DNA of 10,589 nucleotides from a virus (Duplodnaviria; Heunggongvirae; Uroviricota; Caudoviricetes): IMG/VR virus record IMGVR_UViG_2609459825_000010; one strand, 5' to 3'. Shown piece by piece: positions 1 to 6,380 of this stretch (position 1 is its first letter; each line of letters starts with the position of its first letter). The notes under the pieces were generated by a model. It saw only the letters and a program-made list of their open reading frames with translations, ran no database searches and was not told where the DNA came from. The position numbers and the translations under genes were made by a program.

Positions 1-313
1 GCTGACGCCAGTCCAGCTTATCGAGGAGCATTGCCAGTTGCGAGCGGGTAATGGATATCTTACCGTCACGCACCGCAGGCCAGATAAACTGACCTTCCTC
101 AAGGCGTTTGGTGAACAGGCACAGACCATCAGCATCAGCCCACAGGATTTTAATCGTGTCTCCCCGTCGGCCACGGAAGATAAACAGGTGACCGGAGAAG
201 GGGTTATCATCCAGCACATGCTGTATCTGCTCCCCCAGACCGTTGAAGGATTTACGCATATCAGTAACGCCGGCAACGAGCCAGATACGGGTACCTGATG
301 GGAGTGAAATCAT
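1..313 (-). CDS. tnpB: IS66-family accessory protein TnpB (orf2), 5' partial; not the IS200/IS605 TnpB nuclease
   Basis: Manual reverse-complement translation from ATG at 313-311 gives MISLPSGTRIWLVAGVTDMRKSFNGLGEQIQHVLDDNPFSGHLFIFRGRRGDTIKILWADADGLCLFTKRLEEGQFIWPAVRDGK..., matching the conserved IS66 Orf2 pattern. The ORF runs off the window at position 1, so it fell below the ORF-track threshold. Confidence 0.85.
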   Translation of the reverse strand, partial: MISLPSGTRIWLVAGVTDMRKSFNGLGEQIQHVLDDNPFSGHLFIFRGRRGDTIKILWADADGLCLFTKRLEEGQFIWPAVRDGKISITRSQLAMLLDKLDWRQ

Positions 314-744
314 CGTCCCCTCCCGGTCAGCTCACGGATCAACACCGTGAGCAGCTCTGGTGAAGGATTTTCCAGCATCATTTTACCGTAATGGAATTCC
401 ACATGGCAGGAAGCTGCACAAGCAACTGATAATGCCCCCGGAGCAGGAGCATCTGTAGCACAGCGCGGGGTGTCGATAAGTTCCACTGGAACCAGAGTCG
501 GAGAGGCCGGAAAAGATTGTGATACTGTAGGGCCTACAATAGTTGGAGGCATTCTACGAGAAATACGTCCTTCTCTTTGCCAGAGGCGTAGCCATTTAAA
601 AATCAGGTTGTTATCAACGCCATGTTCCCGGGCCAGTTGTGCAACATTGGCATTTGGTTTCGAAGCCAGTTCAACCATATGAAGTTTAAATTCATTAGAA
701 AATATCCGGCGGGTTCCGGAGCGCCAGTCTGTAGGTTTATCCAT
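310..744 (-). CDS. tnpA: IS66-family TnpA (orf1), HTH transposase-accessory protein
   Basis: ORF-track protein MDKPTDWRSGTRRIFSNEFKLHMVELASKPNANVAQLAREHGVDNNLIFKWLRLWQREGRI... has the HTH pattern typical of IS3/IS66 OrfA-type proteins. GGAG lies 8 nt upstream of ATG at 744; stop overlaps the tnpB start. Confidence 0.8.
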   Translation of the reverse strand: MDKPTDWRSGTRRIFSNEFKLHMVELASKPNANVAQLAREHGVDNNLIFKWLRLWQREGRISRRMPPTIVGPTVSQSFPASPTLVPVELIDTPRCATDAPAPGALSVACAASCHVEFHYGKMMLENPSPELLTVLIRELTGRGR

Positions 745-829
745 CAATAGAACTCCGTCTAATTTAGAAGGAGCTCTAATTTAGTCTGCAAGGAGCAGGT
801 GTTACAGACGGCATTGGCTTTACGCTTAC

Positions 830-1088
830 GAAAATTTTCCGCTGGGTAGAAAAAGACACCCCTGATGCGGTTAAAAAAATTCAGGCGTTGTTACCGGCGA
901 TCGAAAAAGCAATGCCGCCTCCACTGGTGGCCCGAATGCGCAGCCACAGTTCGGAATATCACCGGGAGCTTGTCGAGCGACGGGAGCGCCTGGTGAAAGA
1001 TATCGATGAGTTTGTTGCGGCAGCGATCGTGTTGTTCGATCAGATGAATCGTGGTGGTCCGGCGGGAAATGCCGTGGTGGCGCATTGA
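830..1088 (+). pseudogene. 3' fragment of a ydaT-like prophage early gene, apparently truncated by the IS66-family insertion
   Basis: Reading frame is open from the IS boundary at 830 to TGA at 1086-1088 (...KIFRWVEKDTPDAVKKIQALLPAIEKAMPPPLVARMRSHSSEYHRELVERRERLVKDIDEFVAAAIVLFDQMNRGGPAGNAVVAH). No start codon with an RBS is visible. The YdaT resemblance is from memory only. Confidence 0.45.
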
Positions 1089-1108
1089 TAACGTGTTCTG
1101 GGGGGGGG

Positions 1109-2047
1109 ATGAAGCTCCTTTTTGCTGAACGTCCGCTGGTTATAAACACGCAGCTGGCGATGAAAATTGGTCTGAACGAAGCCATCGTGTTGCAGCAGTT
1201 GCATTACTGGTTGAGAGATACCGGTTCCGGCATGGAATGTGATGGTGTTCGCTGGATTTATAACACAACAGAACAATGGCTGGAGCAGTTCCCGTTCTGG
1301 TCAGAGTCAACGTTAAAACGCGCATTTGCAAGTCTGAAAACGCTGGGGCTTTTGCGTTGCGAAAAGCTCAATAAATCAAAGCGTGATATGACTAATTTTT
1401 ACACGATTAATTACGAGAGCGAGCTTTTAAATGGTGGCAAAGTGAGCGAATCCATCAGGTCAAAATGCGCTGCTCCATCAGGTCAGAATGACACGATGGA
1501 AGGGGCCAAAATGGCACGTTCCATTGGTTCAAAACGACTCAATGTCATCGGGTCAAAATGGCCTGATGATCTTACAGAGAATACAACAGAGATTACTACA
1601 GAGAATAAAAACACTTCTCGTCCGGAAGCTTCGCAACCGGACCCGCAGACGGTTGAACAGGATTTTTTAACCCGACACCCTGACGCGGTTGTGTTCAGTG
1701 CAAAAAAACGCCAGTGGGGCAACCAGGAAGATTTGGCGTGTGCGCAGTGGATCTGGGGACGAATCGTGAGTCTTTACGAGCAGGCCGCCAGCGATGATGG
1801 CGAGATTTCGCGACCGAAAGAACCCAACTGGACCGCATGGGCCAACGACGTGCGCACAATGCGGATGCTGGATGGCAGAACTCACAGACAAATTTGTGAA
1901 ATGTTTGGTCGGGCGCAGCGGGATCCATTCTGGGTAAAAAATATCATGAGTCCGTCAAAGCTTCGCGAAAAATGGGATGAACTGGTTACAGGTTCCTTAA
2001 GCGCAACGGGTTCAAGGTTTGCTTTCATGACCGCTTTGTTGCTGTAA
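1109..2047 (+). CDS. Phage replication initiation protein (lambda O-like replisome organizer)
   Basis: 313-aa ORF. N-terminus MKLLFAERPLVINTQLAMKIGLNEAIVLQQLHYWL is HTH-like. The gene contains an iteron array and AT-rich tract (1451-1612), as ori-lambda sits inside gene O. ATG at 1109 is preferred over the upstream TTG at 1085; a G9 tract (1100-1108) lies immediately 5' of it. Confidence 0.75.
   Translation: MKLLFAERPLVINTQLAMKIGLNEAIVLQQLHYWLRDTGSGMECDGVRWIYNTTEQWLEQFPFWSESTLKRAFASLKTLGLLRCEKLNKSKRDMTNFYTINYESELLNGGKVSESIRSKCAAPSGQNDTMEGAKMARSIGSKRLNVIGSKWPDDLTENTTEITTENKNTSRPEASQPDPQTVEQDFLTRHPDAVVFSAKKRQWGNQEDLACAQWIWGRIVSLYEQAASDDGEISRPKEPNWTAWANDVRTMRMLDGRTHRQICEMFGRAQRDPFWVKNIMSPSKLREKWDELVTGSLSATGSRFAFMTALLL
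1451..1612. repeat. Putative phage origin of replication: five iterons of about 17 bp at roughly 23-bp spacing, followed by an AT-rich tract with three ACAGAGA repeats
   Basis: Iterons: TCCATCAGGTCAAAATG (1451-1467), TCCATCAGGTCAGAATG (1474-1490), GGGGCCAAAATG (about 1502-1513), TGGTTCAAAACG (about 1524-1535), GGGTCAAAATG (1550-1560). AT-rich tract 1565-1612 has ACAGAGA at 1574, 1586 and 1598 (12-bp period). Confidence 0.65.
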
Positions 2048-2073
2048 CCAGTACTGGAGAACAACCAGATGCT

Positions 2074-2466
2074 ATGGGATTCAGAAATTCAGCATCATGC
2101 CTGATAGAGGCGAAGTGTTCTCGTGCTGACTTGTTGGCAGATAGAAAAAAGCGTTTCCGTAAAAATCCCTCTCTTGGCATGGGCGACTGGAGATTCTTTA
2201 TTAGTGAGCCGGGAATTATTTCAATTGAGGATTTACCACCTGGCTGGGGATTACTTCACGTTGTTAACGGAAGAGTACGGAAAGTACATGGGTGGCCCAA
2301 GGGTAATTGCTGTTGGGGTGATCCTGACGATAAGCCATTTACTGGAAATAAGCAGGTTGAATGCGATTACATGTTGTCTGCATTAAGGCGCATGGAGTTG
2401 AGGGGACACCTTAATGAAATATATGACGGTGTAATCGTTAATAAGCAAGAAGGAAGCGCGGCATGA
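2074..2466 (+). CDS. Hypothetical protein (130 aa from ATG 2074; true start uncertain)
   Basis: ORF directly downstream of the O-like gene, with GGAGA at 2056-2060. Its stop overlaps the start of the next ORF (ATGA at 2463-2466), suggesting translational coupling. No family recognised. An internal start (MGDWRFF at about 2179) is possible. Confidence 0.5.
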   Translation: MGFRNSASCLIEAKCSRADLLADRKKRFRKNPSLGMGDWRFFISEPGIISIEDLPPGWGLLHVVNGRVRKVHGWPKGNCCWGDPDDKPFTGNKQVECDYMLSALRRMELRGHLNEIYDGVIVNKQEGSAA

Positions 2467-2807
2467 CCACTTTTACCAGAGAGCAGTTAATAGCTCACGC
2501 AGAGGAGACTATTGAAGCACAGAGACTGTGCATACCGGGCACAATCGACCATGACATCATCCGCACATATAAGATGGATATTGCTGTTCTGGAAATCGCA
2601 CTGGCATCGCTGGCAGCAGAGCCAGCCGGTAAATTGCATGAATACAAACCAGTGGGACATCAGCGTCTGGTCGACGAGTTAACCATGCTGGTAAAGCAGT
2701 TAACCTGGCAACTGAGGAAAACGAAGCCGGACTGTAAATTGCCGGGTAAGGCGATGGACTACCTGAAGCGAAACGGACTGATAAGCGCAGAGGATGTTTT
2801 ACGATGA
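2463..2807 (+). CDS. Hypothetical protein (114 aa)
   Basis: Good RBS (AAGGAAG about 8 nt upstream of ATG 2463). ATGA overlaps with both the upstream ORF (2463-2466) and the downstream peptide (2804-2807). No family recognised. Confidence 0.6.
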   Translation: MTTFTREQLIAHAEETIEAQRLCIPGTIDHDIIRTYKMDIAVLEIALASLAAEPAGKLHEYKPVGHQRLVDELTMLVKQLTWQLRKTKPDCKLPGKAMDYLKRNGLISAEDVLR

Positions 2808-2887
2808 CCTGGCCTGAGGCATTCACAACGGTAGGGATCGCAATGGCGGTGGCGCTGGTGGTGTATTCGATTTGTCGCTGGGGATAA
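2804..2887 (+). CDS. Small hydrophobic peptide (27 aa, [27 protein letters not shown]), predicted single transmembrane helix
   Basis: Below the ORF-track size cutoff; found by reading. ATG 2804 overlaps the upstream stop (ATGA), GAGG lies 10 nt upstream, stop TAA at 2885-2887. Hydrophobic core with a basic/aromatic C-terminus. Confidence 0.4.
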   Translation: MTWPEAFTTVGIAMAVALVVYSICRWG

Positions 2888-2894
2888 AAACGAT

Positions 2895-2922
2895 TTGCGG
2901 GGAAAGGATAGTTAAGTAGAAT
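2895..2922 (+). promoter_or_regulatory. Putative sigma70 promoter of the hok mRNA (-35 TTGCGG 2895-2900, 16-nt spacer, -10 TAGAAT 2917-2922)
   Basis: Hexamers read directly. The predicted start near 2929 coincides with GGGTGCTTGAGG, which matches the 5' end of plasmid R1 hok mRNA (GGCGCUUGAGG...) as recalled. Confidence 0.5.
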
Positions 2923-2984
2923 TGCTGCGGGTGCTTGAGGCTATCTGTCTCAGGCATGAATACCAAAAGGCAGATAGAGAAAAG

Positions 2985-3050
2985 CCCCAGTTAACATTAC
3001 GCGTCCTGCAAGACGCTTAACATTAATCTGAGGCTCAATCTATGAACGGC
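2985..3050 (-). ncRNA. sok: Putative Sok-like antisense RNA (coordinates approximate)
   Basis: On the - strand: -35 TTGCCT (rc of 3080-3085), 17-nt spacer, -10 TAACCT (rc of 3057-3062). This is the same position as the sok promoter in hok/sok loci and is antisense to the mok start region. The 3' end is not well defined; a hairpin GCGTC-N6-GACGC lies at about 3002-3017. Confidence 0.35.
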
Positions 3051-3254
3051 AAATCTAGGTTAGCCTCTTACGTGCCGAAAGGCAAGGAGAAGCAGGCTAT
3101 GAAGCAGCAAAAGGCGATGTTAATCGCCCTGATCGTCATCTGTTTAACCGTCATAGTGACGGCACTGGTAACGAGGAAAGACCTCTGCGAGGTACGAATC
3201 CGAACCGGCCAGACGGAGGTCGCTGTCTTCACAGTTTACGAACCTGAGGAGTAA
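3042..3254 (+). CDS. mok: mok-like leader reading frame (in-frame N-terminal extension of hok, 70 aa)
   Basis: ATG 3042 sits in the conserved CUAUG context of hok-family leaders. Here the frame is continuous with hok. Whether it is translated as a separate Mok product cannot be judged from sequence. Confidence 0.4.
   Translation: MNGKSRLASYVPKGKEKQAMKQQKAMLIALIVICLTVIVTALVTRKDLCEVRIRTGQTEVAVFTVYEPEE
3099..3254 (+). CDS. hok: Hok/Gef-family type I toxin (51 aa)
   Basis: MKQQKAMLIALIVICLTVIVTALVTRKDLCEVRIRTGQTEVAVFTVYEPEE has the hallmark Hok/Gef motif (TRK.LCE.R.R.G..EVA.F.AYE) and is close to HokD/RelF as recalled. RBS AAGGAG at 3084-3089, 9 nt upstream. Confidence 0.9.
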   Translation: MKQQKAMLIALIVICLTVIVTALVTRKDLCEVRIRTGQTEVAVFTVYEPEE

Positions 3255-3322
3255 GAGACCCGGCGAGGGAGAAATCCCTCGCCACCTCTGATGTGTCAGG
3301 CATCCTCAACGCACCCGCACGT

Positions 3323-3349
3323 AACCCGCTTCGGCGGGTTTTGTTTTTT
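3323..3349 (+). terminator. Intrinsic terminator at the 3' end of the hok mRNA
   Basis: Hairpin AACCCGC-TTCG-GCGGGTT followed by TTTTGTTTTTT. Just upstream, CCTCAACGCACCC (3304-3316) is complementary to the 5' end GGGTGCTTGAGG (2929-2940), consistent with the hok 5'-3' fold-back (tac/fbi) pairing. Confidence 0.7.
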
Positions 3350-3421
3350 CCTGGCATTCTGGTTTACAATTCGCACGCCAGCCTGAACAACTGGCACCTG
3401 CTGCGCCAGCAGAGACAACCG

Positions 3422-3700
3422 ATGGCGCACGATACCAAATTACACAATTCTGATGATTCTGCCGTCTTTGCCAGCAGGCACGGGCGGCGTTCCCGCACTT
3501 TCAAATCTGACTGGTTCCAGCATCCCCCATGCACTGAAGAACAGGCCGAGTGGCTAATTCAGTGCTACCGCAGACACGGATACGAGATTAAGAAAGCCCT
3601 CAGCCTCGATTATCGTCACTGGATAATCTCCGTCAGGCTTCCTTACTCCGAACGCTCACCGCGTCCGTCCCGCACATTCCAGCAACGCATCTGGAGGTAA
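3422..3700 (+). CDS. Hypothetical protein (92 aa), possibly rem-like
   Basis: ORF-track ORF 3293-3700 begins inside the hok terminator, so the start is placed at ATG 3422 (MAHDTKLHNSDDSAVF...). Weak RBS. Sits between hok and the DUF968-like gene, the position rem occupies in the K-12 Qin prophage (from memory). Confidence 0.45.
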   Translation: MAHDTKLHNSDDSAVFASRHGRRSRTFKSDWFQHPPCTEEQAEWLIQCYRRHGYEIKKALSLDYRHWIISVRLPYSERSPRPSRTFQQRIWR

Positions 3701-3701
3701 C

Positions 3702-4751
3702 GTGCGAGTATTACTTCGACCTGTTCTGGTACCGGAACTCGGGCTGGTGATCGTTAAGCCGGGCCGTGAATCCATGCCGGTATTCCACAATACCCGGGTA
3801 CTGGTGGAGCCGGAACCGAAAAGCATGCGTAATCTGCCGTCCGGGGTCGTTCCTGCCGTTCGCCAGCCGCTGGTGGAAGACAAAACATTGCTGCCGTTTT
3901 TCAGTAACGCACGGGTGATTCGTGCTGCTGGTGGTGCTGGTGCATTGTCTGACTGGCTGTTGCGCCATATTAAATCCTGCCAGTGGCCACACGGCGATTA
4001 TCATCACAGCGAAACCGTCATTCACCGTTATGGTACCGGCGCAATGGTGTTGTGCTGGCACTGCGACAACCAGTTGCGTGACCAGACCTCCGAATCACTT
4101 GAGCAACTTGCTCACCAAAACTTGTCAGCATGGATGATTGACGTCATTCGTCACGCAATGAATGGCACACAGGAGCGGGAATTATCGCTGGCTGAATTAT
4201 CCTGGTGGGCGGTCCGCAATCAGGTGGCGGACGCGCTACCGGAAGCGGTATTACGTCGTTCGCTGGGGTTGCGTGCGGAAAAAATCCGCTCAATGTACCG
4301 TGAAAGCGACATCGTACCGGGAGAGCAGACCGCCACCAGCATACTGAAACAGCGCACAAAAAATCTTGCGCCGCTGCCTCACGCCCACCAGCAACAGAAC
4401 CCACCACAGGAAAAGACGGTGGTCAGCATTGCCGTTGATCCTGAGTCTCCGGAATCTTTCATGAAACGACCTAAACGTCGCCGCTGGGTTAACGAGAAAT
4501 ACACACGCTGGGTGAAGACACAGCCGTGTGCGTGTTGTGGTAAGCCAGCCGACGATCCCCATCACCTGATTGGTCATGGTCAGGGCGGAATGGGGACAAA
4601 ATCTCACGATATTTTCACGCTACCGCTGTGTCGGGAGCATCACAACGAGCTTCATGCGGATCCTCTGGCGTTCGAAGAAAAGCATGGTTCTCAGGTTGAT
4701 TTAATTTTTCGTTTTCTTGATCACGCCTTTGCAACTGGCGTGCTTGGGTAA
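3702..4751 (+). CDS. DUF968-like prophage protein (YdfU-like) with C-terminal Cys/His-rich HNH-like motif
   Basis: 349-aa ORF, GTG start with GGAGG upstream. C-terminus ...KTQPCACCGKPADDPHHLIGHGQGGMGTKSHDIFTLPLCREHHNELH... is a Cys/His metal-binding, HNH-like signature. Placement upstream of rusA and Q is typical of nin-region genes. Confidence 0.7.
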   Translation: MRVLLRPVLVPELGLVIVKPGRESMPVFHNTRVLVEPEPKSMRNLPSGVVPAVRQPLVEDKTLLPFFSNARVIRAAGGAGALSDWLLRHIKSCQWPHGDYHHSETVIHRYGTGAMVLCWHCDNQLRDQTSESLEQLAHQNLSAWMIDVIRHAMNGTQERELSLAELSWWAVRNQVADALPEAVLRRSLGLRAEKIRSMYRESDIVPGEQTATSILKQRTKNLAPLPHAHQQQNPPQEKTVVSIAVDPESPESFMKRPKRRRWVNEKYTRWVKTQPCACCGKPADDPHHLIGHGQGGMGTKSHDIFTLPLCREHHNELHADPLAFEEKHGSQVDLIFRFLDHAFATGVLG

Positions 4752-4763
4752 AAGAGGTGAGTG

Positions 4764-5138
4764 ATGCTCATAGATTTGGTTTTACCTTACCCGCCGACGG
4801 TGAACACTTACTGGCGACGCCGTGGCAGCACATATTTTATCTCGGAGGAGGGAAAGCGTTATCGCCGGGCTGTGGCGCTTATTGTTCGCCAGCAGCGGCT
4901 GAAATTAAGCCTGTCCGGAAGGCTGGCGATAAAGGTGATTGCAGAGCTTCCGGATAAGCGTCGTCGCGACCTGGACAATATCCTGAAAGCACCGCTGGAT
5001 GCGCTGACGCATGCGGGAGTGTTAATGGACGATGAGCAGTTTGATGAAATCAATATCGTTCGTGGTCAGCCAGTATCTGGTGGACGTCTGGGGGTGAAGA
5101 TTTACCCCATAATGCTTGAAGGGCAGGTCAAAAAATGA
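4764..5138 (+). CDS. rusA: Holliday junction resolvase RusA
   Basis: MLIDLVLPYPPTVNTYWRRRG...PDKRRRDLDNILKAPLDALTHAGVLMDDEQF...GGRL aligns by eye with E. coli RusA (LPWPPSNNRYYR...[23 protein letters not shown]...DD.QV...GGRL), including the acidic catalytic residues. RBS AAGAGG 6 nt upstream. Confidence 0.85.
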   Translation: MLIDLVLPYPPTVNTYWRRRGSTYFISEEGKRYRRAVALIVRQQRLKLSLSGRLAIKVIAELPDKRRRDLDNILKAPLDALTHAGVLMDDEQFDEINIVRGQPVSGGRLGVKIYPIMLEGQVKK

Positions 5139-5956
5139 AACTGGAAGATTTACCGAAATACTACTCCCCAAAATCCCCCGGCCTGACTGATGCATCGGCC
5201 TCAACGTCGAAAGATGCGCTGAGTATCACTGATGTGATGGCCGCGCAGGGCATGACACAGAATCGGGCTGAGATGGGGTTTTCTGCGTTCCTTGGTAAAA
5301 TGGGCATTAGTATGAATGACAGAGAGCGGGCAACAGAATTGCTGACAGAATATGCACTCAGTCGGTGTGATCGCGTGGCGGCGTTAAGAAAACTCCCGGC
5401 AGAAATAAAACCGGTAGTGATGCGCATTATGGCTTCGTACGCTTTTGAGGATTATGCCCGCAGCGCAGCGAGTAAAAAGCAGTGCCCTTGTTGCTATGGG
5501 GAAAAATTTATTGAAAGCGTAGTTTTTACAAACAAGGTCCAGTATCCGGATGGTAAGCCGCCGGTATGGGCAAAGTGTACGAAAGATGTGTATCCGTCTT
5601 ACTGGGAAGAATGGAAAAAAGTCAGGGAGGTGGTAAAAGTTGCCTGTCCGGAGTGTGGCGGAAAGGGTGAGGTTTCCACCGCCTGTAAGGATTGCCGTGG
5701 GCGTGGTGTCGCCATTCATCGTGAAGAGTCGGTAAAACGTGGTATGCCTGTTATCAGAGACTGCCAGCGTTGTGGTGGTCGTGGCTGTGAAAGACTACCA
5801 TCAACGGAGGCATTTAATGCCATATGCAAAGTGACGAGTGCTATCACGCTTGATACGTGGAAAAAATCAGTGAAACGCTTTTACGATACGTTGGTGGTTC
5901 GGTTTGACATTGAAGAGGCATGGGCGGAGCGGCAGTTAAAGAGGGTAACGCGATAG
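5135..5956 (+). CDS. Late-gene antiterminator Q-like protein (273 aa) with three CxxCxGxG repeats
   Basis: Sits immediately upstream of a strong promoter plus terminator, as Q-PR'-tR' does in lambdoid phages. Overlaps the rusA stop (ATGA). Contains CPECGGKG, CKDCRGRG, CQRCGGRG and an additional CPCC. Size resembles the long Qin-type Q (from memory). Confidence 0.65.
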   Translation: MKLEDLPKYYSPKSPGLTDASASTSKDALSITDVMAAQGMTQNRAEMGFSAFLGKMGISMNDRERATELLTEYALSRCDRVAALRKLPAEIKPVVMRIMASYAFEDYARSAASKKQCPCCYGEKFIESVVFTNKVQYPDGKPPVWAKCTKDVYPSYWEEWKKVREVVKVACPECGGKGEVSTACKDCRGRGVAIHREESVKRGMPVIRDCQRCGGRGCERLPSTEAFNAICKVTSAITLDTWKKSVKRFYDTLVVRFDIEEAWAERQLKRVTR

Positions 5957-5961
5957 TGTTG

Positions 5962-5989
5962 TTGATTTTTCCCGAATCTGTGGTAAATT
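5962..5989 (+). promoter_or_regulatory. Putative late promoter PR' (-35 TTGATT 5962-5967, 16-nt spacer, TGn extended -10 with TAAATT 5984-5989)
   Basis: Near-consensus sigma70 elements directly after the Q stop (5956). A qut-like site would be expected to overlap or follow it. Confidence 0.55.
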
Positions 5990-6038
5990 TGCTCTAACGA
6001 TGGGCGTTTTATGCCTGACGTTAGAAGATTTTTTACAC

Positions 6039-6060
6039 CCCGCCGCCTGGCGGGTTTTTT
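6039..6060 (+). terminator. tR'-like intrinsic terminator
   Basis: Hairpin CCCGCC-GCCT-GGCGGG followed by T6, about 45-65 nt downstream of the predicted PR' start. This gives a short leader RNA analogous to lambda 6S RNA. Confidence 0.6.
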
Positions 6061-6182
6061 ATGACTGAAATCGCGTCAGTACAGTAAACGCGCTGGTGGC
6101 GGTGAATACCTGTCTTTCAGCTTGCTGGCTTTTTCGACAAGAGTTATTGGTGTGTCACGTTAACCGGAAAAGGGAAAAAGAC

Positions 6183-6380
6183 ATGCTAAAACAGCAGGAT
6201 ATGACAGAAACCGCCAGAGTGGTGTTTAATGAATTAAGCGTCACCGAACCGGCGACCGTCGGGGAGATTGCGCAGAATACTTACCTTTCACGCGAACGCT
6301 GCCAGTTAATACTGACCCAGCTTGTTATGGTGGGTCTGGCAGACTATCAGTGCGGTTGTTACAGACGCCTTCAGTCCTGA
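6183..6380 (+). CDS. Small hypothetical protein (65 aa; possibly DNA-binding)
   Basis: ATG 6183 with AAGGGA upstream; MLKQQDMTETARVVFNELSVTEPATVGEIAQNTYLSRERCQLILTQLVMVGLADYQCGCYRRLQS. Followed by its own terminator. No family recognised; the upstream part of the ORF-track ORF (from 6096) is probably not translated. Confidence 0.4.
   Translation: MLKQQDMTETARVVFNELSVTEPATVGEIAQNTYLSRERCQLILTQLVMVGLADYQCGCYRRLQS

Larger units (their letters stand above)
1..829 (-). mobile_element. IS66-family insertion sequence, right-hand portion (tnpA plus 5' part of tnpB; tnpC and the other end lie beyond the window start)
   Basis: tnpA and tnpB on the - strand with the typical ATGA stop/start overlap (310-313). 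The outer end read on the - strand is 5'-GTAAGCGTAAAGCCAATGC... (rc of 811-829); IS66-family termini characteristically begin GTAA. Element boundary placed at about 829. Confidence 0.8.

Noticed and set aside
38-298. 86-aa + strand ORF at the window start
   Set aside because: Lies entirely antisense to the well-supported IS66-family tnpB reading frame; no RBS and no recognisable protein features.
470-682. 70-aa + strand ORF
   Set aside because: Antisense inside IS66-family tnpA; likely a shadow ORF.
871-1331. Overlapping - strand ORFs (871-1185, 891-1085, 1040-1276, 1140-1331)
   Set aside because: Antisense to the ydaT-like fragment and the start of the O-like gene; low-complexity translations; no start signals.
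1451-1612. Possible CRISPR array, given the regularly spaced repeats
   Set aside because: Repeats are about 17 bp, degenerate, at 23-bp spacing inside a coding region next to an AT-rich tract. That pattern fits origin iterons, not CRISPR repeat-spacer units; no cas genes present.
1483-2064. ORFs on both strands inside the O-like gene (1483-1722 -, 1488-1670 +, 1667-1891 -, 1695-1928 -, 1882-2064 -)
   Set aside because: Embedded in or antisense to the replication initiator ORF; the iteron repeats there create spurious open frames.
2123-2386. 87-aa + strand ORF in an alternative frame of the 2074-2466 ORF
   Set aside because: Overlaps the longer ORF, which is supported by translational coupling to the downstream gene; nothing supports this frame.
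3293-3421. N-terminal extension of the rem-like ORF from GTG 3293
   Set aside because: Would require translation through the hok 3' fold-back region and intrinsic terminator (3304-3349); the internal ATG at 3422 is the more plausible start.
3656-4607. Antisense ORFs within the DUF968-like gene (3656-3883 -, 3711-4061 -, 4144-4407 -, 4290-4607 -) and + frame ORFs 3922-4137 and 4162-4347
   Set aside because: All overlap the long, motif-containing DUF968-like ORF; low-complexity Arg/Cys-rich translations typical of GC-rich shadow frames.
4757-5719. Alternative-frame ORFs overlapping rusA and Q (4757-4957 +, 4859-5053 -, 5022-5204 -, 5161-5427 -, 5384-5719 -)
   Set aside because: The rusA and Q frames carry recognisable motifs; the overlapping frames do not.
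6096-6182. Upstream extension of the small ORF from ATG 6096
   Set aside because: No RBS at 6096, whereas ATG 6183 has AAGGGA upstream; the extension would start almost immediately after the tR'-like terminator.
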